Of a DNA stretch of 64,000 bases, positions 57,552 through 64,000 are shown one piece after another. Below the pieces are notes generated by a model. The model saw only the letters and a list, made by a program, of their open reading frames with translations. It had not been told where the DNA came from and made no database searches. Source of the stretch: a virus (Duplodnaviria; Heunggongvirae; Uroviricota; Caudoviricetes; Demerecviridae); IMG/VR virus record IMGVR_UViG_2974606035_000001, positions 3,086 to 67,085 of that record; one strand, given 5' to 3'. How positions within the stretch are numbered: the stretch's first letter is position 1; each line of letters opens with the position of its first letter. The translations under genes were made by a program, and so were the position numbers.

Positions 57552-58256
57552 ATGGCTGGTTCTCGCAGAAAGAAACATATCCATGAAATCCCGGATGAAG
57601 TCTTTAAAAAGGTTATAGAGCATCTGGAGAACGGTGGTACTAAGAAAGCAGCATGTGAAATGCTCGGCGTATCATCCAATCCAACTATGGAAAGGATGAT
57701 TGAAGAATGGCAAGACCGCCAGATTCAAGTTGCCGAAATGAAGAAAAAGAAACGTGGCACACTTATTGAAGGCATTGAGTTAGCTAACGTTATTGAGCAG
57801 TATTTATCTGGTGATTCTTTTGAAGAAATTGCCGATCGTAATTACCGCTCTGTAGCAATGGTTAAATCTGTTCTGGAACGATATGGTGCTCTGCTTCGTT
57901 TGAATGATATTGTAGATCCATTGAATCCTCCAATTATTCCTGATGATGCTGTAGCAGAAGAATTTGCAGTTGGTGAGCTTGTTTGGGTTCCTGGATACCA
58001 GTGTATCGGTGAAATCAAAAAAGCAATGGATAATCCTGTTGGTTGCTACCGTGTATGGCTTCTATCAGAAGGCAAACAACAGAACGTTCATTATATGAAT
58101 TACGAGCTGGCTTCTGTTAAACATCTGGAAAAGTTAGGGGTAGACGTAAAATCTCTAGGATATAAGTGGACTCGTGAAGAAGTAATTTCGTTGATTAACG
58201 AAGCTGTTAAGGCTGCCCTGAAACTTGATAAAGAAAAAGGAAAACGCCGTGAGTAA
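57552..58256 (+). CDS. HTH DNA-binding protein (234 aa), possibly D5-like
   Basis: N-terminal HTH-like segment; size near T5 D5. Confidence 0.4.
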   Translation: MAGSRRKKHIHEIPDEVFKKVIEHLENGGTKKAACEMLGVSSNPTMERMIEEWQDRQIQVAEMKKKKRGTLIEGIELANVIEQYLSGDSFEEIADRNYRSVAMVKSVLERYGALLRLNDIVDPLNPPIIPDDAVAEEFAVGELVWVPGYQCIGEIKKAMDNPVGCYRVWLLSEGKQQNVHYMNYELASVKHLEKLGVDVKSLGYKWTREEVISLINEAVKAALKLDKEKGKRRE

Positions 58257-58497
58257 ACTAACAGATTTACTAAAAGACGGTGAAACAAAAACCGTGTATC
58301 GTAGAAGCTGGGATAATGACAATAATGGCTTAGTGTTACTAACTTTAGACGCTGACTCAGATGTAGCTACCCAACATACCTGGGTAGCTGGTAATTATCC
58401 CTATAGTGAGGTTGTTACGTTAACAGTATGCGAAGCTATTGCCGACGATTGGGAGATTGCCAGCATTGATGATATGCTCGCTGTTGGCCTGGTGTAG
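58225..58497 (+). CDS. hypothetical protein (90 aa)
   Basis: ORF track. Confidence 0.45.
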   Translation: MIKKKENAVSKLTDLLKDGETKTVYRRSWDNDNNGLVLLTLDADSDVATQHTWVAGNYPYSEVVTLTVCEAIADDWEIASIDDMLAVGLV

Positions 58498-58517
58498 CAA
58501 TTACTGAAAAATTTCAG

Positions 58518-58546
58518 TTGCTTAATCCTATTATTCTTGATATAAT
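58518..58546 (+). promoter_or_regulatory. early promoter TTGCTT-17-TATAAT
   Basis: consensus. Confidence 0.6.
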
Positions 58547-58603
58547 ATTCTCATAGTTTGAAAGAACTATTCTGTTTAATTCTTAATTAAGGAAATATAA
58601 AAT

Positions 58604-59014
58604 ATGACTACTCCAACTCAGTGGACTGATGAACTGTTCGAAAAAATGTCTTCCGAATACGTTGCTCGTATGGAGCAATTCCCAGAGGATGAACGTCCGG
58701 GTGTTAGCATGGAAATTGTTAGCGAAATTGCCCAGGAAAATGGTGTAACTCCGAACGGTTTTCGTATGAAGCTAACTAAAGCAGGTGTATATATCAAGAA
58801 AGCTGCTGGCTCTGCTTCTAAATCTAGCGCATCTACTGGAGAAAAGGCTTCTGGTGGTTCTCGTACTTCCAAAGCCCAAGCTCATGCCGATCTTCGCTCA
58901 GCATTCTCTGATGCTGGCCTAGCACCAGATTTTCTGGATGATGCAATTATCGACAAATTGACCGGTAAAGCGGCTGCTCATCTGGCAGAAGCAATCCGAG
59001 CTATCACTAAGTAA
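58604..59014 (+). CDS. hypothetical protein (136 aa), Ala/Ser-rich C-terminal half
   Basis: ORF track. Confidence 0.5.
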   Translation: MTTPTQWTDELFEKMSSEYVARMEQFPEDERPGVSMEIVSEIAQENGVTPNGFRMKLTKAGVYIKKAAGSASKSSASTGEKASGGSRTSKAQAHADLRSAFSDAGLAPDFLDDAIIDKLTGKAAAHLAEAIRAITK

Positions 59015-59050
59015 TTTTTAGATAAATCCACCAACAAAAGGAACACAGTT

Positions 59051-59347
59051 ATGACCAAAGCTGAAATTATCGCACAATGTGAAAAATTCGGTGAGTTTTA
59101 TCTTCATTACGAGAAACTTCGTCAGAAAGGAACCACGTACCTTCAGGGTACGATGGAATTTGATCCAGCCCAAGATAAATATCTAGCTGAGCGTATTAAA
59201 CGTGAACGTATTCGTAAAGCGAAAGATGATGAGATCCTTGTCTTCTCTCGTACTAATGATAGCTTCCGTTTTATTCCTGTCGAGAAAGTCCGTCGTGTGA
59301 CTAGCCTCCAATCAGAGTTAGATCGTGCTTCTCCAGTAGGCCGATAA
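59051..59347 (+). CDS. hypothetical protein (98 aa)
   Basis: ORF track. Confidence 0.5.
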   Translation: MTKAEIIAQCEKFGEFYLHYEKLRQKGTTYLQGTMEFDPAQDKYLAERIKRERIRKAKDDEILVFSRTNDSFRFIPVEKVRRVTSLQSELDRASPVGR

Positions 59348-59348
59348 G

Positions 59349-59385
59349 AAACCAATTAGCCCCTATATGGGGCTTTTTGTGTATT
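59349..59385 (+). terminator. rho-independent terminator AGCCCC..GGGGCT + TTTTGTG
   Basis: seen directly. Confidence 0.6.
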
Positions 59386-59397
59386 TGGGATATGTAA

Positions 59398-59706
59398 ATG
59401 AGCGAGCAGGTAAATCAAAACTATGAAGGACACGTTGATGACCAGTCCATCATACTTTGGGAGAAGGAGGGAGAACAAGTAAGATTAACAGTATCTGAAT
59501 TTCGTGGGAATCTATACATGGGTATTCGTTACTGGCTTCTTGATATTAATGATGAATGGTTTCCAACGAAATCTGGCTTCTCTTTTCCTTACACCCTAGA
59601 AACAACATCACAGCTTTTCTATGCGTTTACACAGATTCTTAGCGAATCTGAGGTTTTACATGAAGTACAGAAACGAGCTGAAGAACTCAAAGCCAAGAAT
59701 GCCTAG
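59398..59706 (+). CDS. hypothetical protein (102 aa)
   Basis: ORF track. Confidence 0.5.
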   Translation: MSEQVNQNYEGHVDDQSIILWEKEGEQVRLTVSEFRGNLYMGIRYWLLDINDEWFPTKSGFSFPYTLETTSQLFYAFTQILSESEVLHEVQKRAEELKAKNA

Positions 59707-59733
59707 TTCTTGGCTTTTTCTTTATAAATGTAT

Positions 59734-59773
59734 TTGCTTTCAACTCAGTTTTGTTATATAATATTTATATAAA
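59734..59773 (+). promoter_or_regulatory. early promoter TTGCTT-17-TATAAT + leader
   Basis: consensus. Confidence 0.6.
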
Positions 59774-59980
59774 TTGATAAGAGGATCAATTATGAAAGTA
59801 ACACTTCCAAAAATTCAAGCAAAGTTAAACCTGGTATCGAATGCTAGAAATAACTATCTAGATAACTTTGGTGGAATCAACGATAAAGCGTACAAAGATG
59901 CGTGGTTGAAAGAAGCGCAAGAGTTAGCCGATCTCGTTGCTCAGTATAATAAAGAACTACAGGTAGAAATGAATGACTAA
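59774..59980 (+). CDS. hypothetical protein (68 aa)
   Basis: ORF track. Confidence 0.45.
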   Translation: MIRGSIMKVTLPKIQAKLNLVSNARNNYLDNFGGINDKAYKDAWLKEAQELADLVAQYNKELQVEMND

Positions 59981-60944
59981 TGTAAAAGACTTTATTAAAC
60001 GTTGTCAAGAGGCATATTACCAGGGAATGTCTTTAATCTCTGACGAAGAATATGATCGTCTGATTAAAAGATTTCCATTAGAAGAAGAGATCGGGCCTAA
60101 GGGTGATATTCCACATCTGTATCGTATGTATTCTTTACAGAAAGTTTATTATAATCGTGGAGATAAACCTCCATTTAACCCATTAGGTCAGGTAGAAACT
60201 GATAAGTTAGATGGTTGTGCAATCTCTCTGTTATATATTAATGGCGAATTTGTTCAAGCACTAACTCGTGGTAATGGTATTCTAGGGAATGATGTCACAA
60301 GCAACGTAAGATTGCTGAACATCCCTAAAAAGATTTCCCAAAAAGTACCCACTCAAATCACTGGTGAAGTTCTAATTACAAAAGAAGTAGAAAATAAACG
60401 TAACTTTGCCTCTGGTGCTATTAACCTCAAAGATAGTGATGATTTTGTACAACGTATCGGAGAAGGTGGTTTAATCTTCGTTGCATATGGTATCCAGTGT
60501 TCTGCTGAATCTGTAGGTATTACAGAAGCATATTTAAGAGATATGCTTTGGCTAGAGAATGAGAACTTCTTAACAGTTGTTAATGTGCGTTCCTTCTTTA
60601 AATGGATTCCAACTGATGGTAAAGTTGTTCGTATTAATGACAACAACAAATTCTTCCGAGAAGGCTGGACTAATAAATTCCCTCGTGGAGCATTCGCTAT
60701 TAAAGAGGATGAAGAAGGCGAAATTACAACTCTTACTAAAGTTGAATGGGCAACAGGAGCATCCGGTAAAGTAACTCCAGTGGGATATTTTACACCTGTT
60801 ACTATTGAGGATGCAGTTATTACAAAGGCTACTCTTAATAATGTAGACTATATTACATCATTAGATTTAGAGATCGGATGTCAGATTAGGGTAGTACGTG
60901 CAGGGGGTGTGATACCAAAGATTGTGGAAAGAATTTATGAATAG
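59973..60944 (+). CDS. ligA: NAD-dependent DNA ligase, N-terminal fragment (adenylation + OB domains)
   Basis: KLDG adenylation motif (TDKLDGCAIS); truncated before Zn finger. Confidence 0.7.
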   Translation: MTNVKDFIKRCQEAYYQGMSLISDEEYDRLIKRFPLEEEIGPKGDIPHLYRMYSLQKVYYNRGDKPPFNPLGQVETDKLDGCAISLLYINGEFVQALTRGNGILGNDVTSNVRLLNIPKKISQKVPTQITGEVLITKEVENKRNFASGAINLKDSDDFVQRIGEGGLIFVAYGIQCSAESVGITEAYLRDMLWLENENFLTVVNVRSFFKWIPTDGKVVRINDNNKFFREGWTNKFPRGAFAIKEDEEGEITTLTKVEWATGASGKVTPVGYFTPVTIEDAVITKATLNNVDYITSLDLEIGCQIRVVRAGGVIPKIVERIYE

Positions 60945-61578
60945 TGGAATTTACTTACTGAAAGTAAAAGAGTATAAATACGTTGGCTATTCTAGAAATA
61001 TTGATAGAAGGTTTAAGGAGCATACGTATACTTATGTTACTAACTTAGACCATATAGACTCCCATATTCCAAGAAACTTACTAGGTGGGCAGGTTCAGAA
61101 GTCAGATATAAGCATAGAGATTCTGGAGTATATTTCTCCAGAAGAGAATACTGATGTATTTTTACGGGCAGAAGATTTGTGGATACAGAAGATTTGTCCG
61201 GAGCTAAATACAAACTCTCCTTTATCTAACTTAGCCGAAGCAGTAGAGTACTGTATTTTAAATCCATTTGAAACGTATAAATCAGTGGCCTCAAAGTTCA
61301 ATATTACATCTAAAATGCTAGAGCATGTTGCCACCGGAGGGTATAACACCTTGGAGTGTATTTTATTAAAAAGTACTTTAGAACTATTTCGTAGCAAGAA
61401 ATATAAAGAATTAGTATTAGTACATGAAAACGGGGCTAGATTTGTAGCCACGTCTTACTCTGAACTACACAGATTATCTGGGCTAGATAGACACAGAATA
61501 TCTGACCTGCATAAGGGTAAATACCCCTCCTTTAAAGGGTGGGCCCTTTTAACCCCCTCCACCATATCGGAATTATAA
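60922..61578 (+). CDS. GIY-YIG homing endonuclease inserted in ligase gene
   Basis: GIYLLKV...YVGYSRNIDRRFKEH. Confidence 0.65.
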   Translation: MWKEFMNSGIYLLKVKEYKYVGYSRNIDRRFKEHTYTYVTNLDHIDSHIPRNLLGGQVQKSDISIEILEYISPEENTDVFLRAEDLWIQKICPELNTNSPLSNLAEAVEYCILNPFETYKSVASKFNITSKMLEHVATGGYNTLECILLKSTLELFRSKKYKELVLVHENGARFVATSYSELHRLSGLDRHRISDLHKGKYPSFKGWALLTPSTISEL

Positions 61579-61678
61579 AGTGGTTATTGACATTTTCGCC
61601 GCTTAGGTATATACTATTATCATTCAGTTGAGGGATAGAAAGTTATGGCGAGGGTAGGCAAAGTTAGTTAAAATTGTA

Positions 61679-61735
61679 GTTGCTAAATGCTTAAATACTT
61701 GCTATAATATTTATATAAATTGATAAGGAAGAAAT
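61679..61735 (+). promoter_or_regulatory. early promoter + leader upstream of ligase C-fragment
   Basis: TTGCTA-18-TATAAT ATTTATATAAATTGATAAGGAAG. Confidence 0.55.
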
Positions 61736-62518
61736 TTGATGAAAATCGAAATTCCAACACAATGTCCCTCTTGTGGTTCTAAGCTAGATCTTGTCAACGG
61801 ACAATTATTCTGTCGGAATAAGTCCAACTGTCCAGCGCAATCAAGTAAGTTAATTGAGAACTTCTGTACAAAAATGAAGTTAAAGGGCTTTGGTCCAAAA
61901 ACTATTGAGAAGCTGGAACTGACGAAGATTTCAGAACTATTTTACCTAACCGAAGAAGATTTGGTTAGAGCCGTGGGTAGCAAGGTTGCCGCTAAGTTAA
62001 TTAGCGAATTAAATACTAAAGTTCACGGAGACATTGACTTTGGTTCAGTTCTCGGTTCTTTAGGAATCCCTCTAATTGGAGAGGTTGCAGCAAAGAAATT
62101 ATCCCAAAATTGCACTAGCTTCCACGATGTGAAGGCTGACGGCAAGGCTGGAGAAAACTACAAAGCCTGGCTAAATTCCCCACAAGGCAAGGATGTTATC
62201 GAACTACCGTGGAAATTCTCAACTGGTATTAAGGGTGCGAAAGCTAATATTATCATTACGGATGAATTAGTTGCCCAGCCAAATGGAATCGCGGTATGTA
62301 TTACCGGATCTTTGCAAGACTTTGCAAATAGAACGGATGCAACAAACTATTTAGAAGGTCTAGGATATACGGTTAAGAAATCCGTTACCAAAGACGTCAA
62401 ATACCTGATCTGTGAGGATGAATCAAAACGTTCTTCCTCATCTTATAAGAAAGCCGAAACGAATGGGATAGAAATCCTGTCGATTAAAGAACTATTGGAG
62501 AAAAATAATAATGTCTAA
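61736..62518 (+). CDS. ligB: NAD-dependent DNA ligase, C-terminal fragment (Zn finger, HhH, BRCT)
   Basis: CPSCGS..C..C Zn ribbon, HhH-like GIPLIGEVAAKKL, BRCT-like tail. Confidence 0.65.
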   Translation: MMKIEIPTQCPSCGSKLDLVNGQLFCRNKSNCPAQSSKLIENFCTKMKLKGFGPKTIEKLELTKISELFYLTEEDLVRAVGSKVAAKLISELNTKVHGDIDFGSVLGSLGIPLIGEVAAKKLSQNCTSFHDVKADGKAGENYKAWLNSPQGKDVIELPWKFSTGIKGAKANIIITDELVAQPNGIAVCITGSLQDFANRTDATNYLEGLGYTVKKSVTKDVKYLICEDESKRSSSSYKKAETNGIEILSIKELLEKNNNV

Positions 62519-63278
62519 ACTGAACTGGAACGTAGAAGGTGTAACCGAGTCTCTGAAAGCAAAAGCCACTGCTCTGGGTGTTGCTGTAATCTCTCAAGAA
62601 CAAGTAGCTGCTATCGCTGCTGAACTGGCTGCTGAAACTGGCAAAGATGTTACTGCTCGCTCTGTTGGCTCTAAACTGCGTAAAGAAGGTTTTGAAGTAC
62701 AGAAAGCTAACGAAGTGCAGAAATCTCCGTGGACTCCTGAGCAGGAAGCTGAACTGGTTGATTTCCTGAACGCTCATGCTGGTCAGTATACCTATGCTGA
62801 AATCGCTGCTGCTGTAGCTGGTGGTCAGTTCGGTGCTAAGCAGGTACAGGGTAAGATCCTGAGTCTGGAAATGACCGCTTCTGTTAAACCAACTGAAAAA
62901 GCTGCCGCTGTTCGTTCCTTCACTCCGGATGAAGAAACTGATTTTGTTAATCAGGTTGTTGCTGGTGCTACTATTGAAGCTATCGCTGCTCACTTCGGCC
63001 GCAATATTAAGCAGATCCGTGGTAAAGCTCTGAGTCTGCTTCGTGAAGGTCGTATCGCTGCTATGCCGGTACAGGAAACCTCAAGTGCTAAAACTCGTGA
63101 AGATCTGTTAGAAGGTCTGGATCTGGTTAACATGACTGTTGCTGAGATCGCTGAGAAAACTGGTAAGTCTGAGCGCGGTGTTAAATCTATGCTGTCTCGT
63201 CGTGGTCTGGTTGCTAAGGACTATGATGGTGCCGCTAAGCGTGCTAAACTGGATGCAAAAGCTGCGGCTGCTGAATAA
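62511..63278 (+). CDS. Ala-rich protein with three HTH-like repeats, host-optimal codons (255 aa); candidate abundant DNA-binding protein
   Basis: repeat modules ..EIAAAV.., ..IEAIAAHFGRNIKQIRGKALSL.., ..VAEIAEKTGKSERGVKSMLSRRG.. Confidence 0.5.
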   Translation: MSKLNWNVEGVTESLKAKATALGVAVISQEQVAAIAAELAAETGKDVTARSVGSKLRKEGFEVQKANEVQKSPWTPEQEAELVDFLNAHAGQYTYAEIAAAVAGGQFGAKQVQGKILSLEMTASVKPTEKAAAVRSFTPDEETDFVNQVVAGATIEAIAAHFGRNIKQIRGKALSLLREGRIAAMPVQETSSAKTREDLLEGLDLVNMTVAEIAEKTGKSERGVKSMLSRRGLVAKDYDGAAKRAKLDAKAAAAE

Positions 63279-63292
63279 TCTGGTAAATTAAA

Positions 63293-63330
63293 CCTAAGGG
63301 GAGGGGGCTATGCTCCTTCCCCTTTTTGCA
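63293..63330 (+). terminator. rho-independent terminator GGGGAGGGGG..CCTTCCCC + TTTTT
   Basis: seen directly. Confidence 0.6.
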
Positions 63331-63360
63331 TTTAGAAGGCACGAAAGCGTGCAAAGGAGA

Positions 63361-64000
63361 ATGACCTTGTTTAACGTGCAAGCTGTAGTGTTGAAGATGC
63401 TTCTAGCTTCCGAACAGAAGCAAATAGCATTGGAAACATTCTCAAAACTGCATAAAGATCATTTTAATGACGCTTTCTCCTCAATTTACCAAGCCGTCCA
63501 GAATTATTATAAAAAATATAACACAATGCCATCCATTGACGCACTGATGCTTGAGTCTAATAGGAACGCCCGCCTTTCTCAAGCTCTAGTCGTCTTAGCT
63601 AACACTCAAATTCCAGAAGTGAGCATGGAACAGGCACTTGAAGTCCTAGAGGCTGAATATACACAGGATTTATTCCTGAAGCTTCTAGAAACAGACGTGC
63701 TTCAAGATTTAACAATGCTGGATCAGGGAGAAATTCTCAACCGAGTTGCCTCCCTTCACTTAAAATTAGAAGAGAAAGTAACGAATACTGGAAAAGTATT
63801 CAACGCAGATAACATGCGTATTTTCCAGAGAGAAGAAGATACCAAACTGAACCTAATCGCTCTTGGTATTTGTAATGAGTTCGACGCTCAAATTGGTTTA
63901 GCTCGCACAGAAACGTTACTGCTTGGTGGTTGGCGTGGTACTGGTAAATCCATTATCTGTTCAAACATACAGGTTCAGCAATATTTGAATGGGGATATTG
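63361..64000 (+). CDS. DnaB-like replicative helicase, 5' part (runs off window)
   Basis: N-terminal DnaB-like domain then Walker A GGWRGTGKS. Confidence 0.6.
   Translation, partial: MTLFNVQAVVLKMLLASEQKQIALETFSKLHKDHFNDAFSSIYQAVQNYYKKYNTMPSIDALMLESNRNARLSQALVVLANTQIPEVSMEQALEVLEAEYTQDLFLKLLETDVLQDLTMLDQGEILNRVASLHLKLEEKVTNTGKVFNADNMRIFQREEDTKLNLIALGICNEFDAQIGLARTETLLLGGWRGTGKSIICSNIQVQQYLNGDI

Overview
The window looks like the left arm of a T5-like siphophage (Demerecviridae/Tequintavirus-like) genome. Genes run mostly leftward on the minus strand until about 47 kb and rightward on the plus strand after that.

Reading left to right:
- 1-2.7 kb: the end of the pre-early (first-step-transfer) region. 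It holds a partial A1-like metallophosphoesterase gene and a 135-aa A2-sized gene.
- 3.1-6.85 kb: a non-coding, injection-stop-signal-like locus packed with repeats. These include at least 8 DnaA boxes (TTATCCACA), two long inverted repeats each carrying a perfect LexA-type CTGT-N8-ACAG box, 32-bp and 20-bp tandem repeats, and about 9 copies of TGTGCAAATCCGAC.
- 6.9-22 kb: early genes. Many are small membrane or acidic proteins. Recognisable products are two tandem Ser/Thr/metallo-phosphatases, a thioredoxin-like protein, the lysis cassette (M15 peptidase endolysin and holin), a ClpP-like protease, dNMP kinase and a putative Rz/Rz1-like spanin pair.
- 23-33.2 kb: a minus-strand tRNA cluster. 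I could fold 16 tRNAs by hand, and several tRNA-like elements remain unresolved. The cluster is interspersed with an HNH endonuclease, a GrcA-like glycyl-radical protein, small Zn-ribbon ORFs and a Toprim protein. It also contains a compositionally distinct plus-strand island encoding Gly/Phe-rich, Gln-rich and Cys-rich low-complexity proteins, next to a convergent SPFH/prohibitin gene.
- 33-47 kb: a SleB-like hydrolase, a stand-alone receiver-domain-like protein, a DEDDh exonuclease, RNase H, ThyA, DHFR, NrdB, an NrdA carrying two inteins, and PhoH.
- 47-64 kb: plus-strand genes. These are a T5orf172 protein, NrdD, a Sir2-like protein, a HAD phosphatase, a tandem paralog pair, a roughly 0.6-kb promoter-driven untranslated region upstream of a 929-aa SF2/P-loop origin-binding-like helicase, an HNH endonuclease, an NAD-dependent DNA ligase split by a GIY-YIG endonuclease, a high-GC repeat protein and the 5' part of a DnaB-like helicase.

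About 25 copies of one conserved early promoter plus leader (TTGCTT-17-TATAAT-ATTTATATAAATTGAGAGGAG) punctuate the region. Three of them have no downstream ORF and appear to drive tRNA operons.

All functional calls come from motif recognition by eye. No database search was possible.
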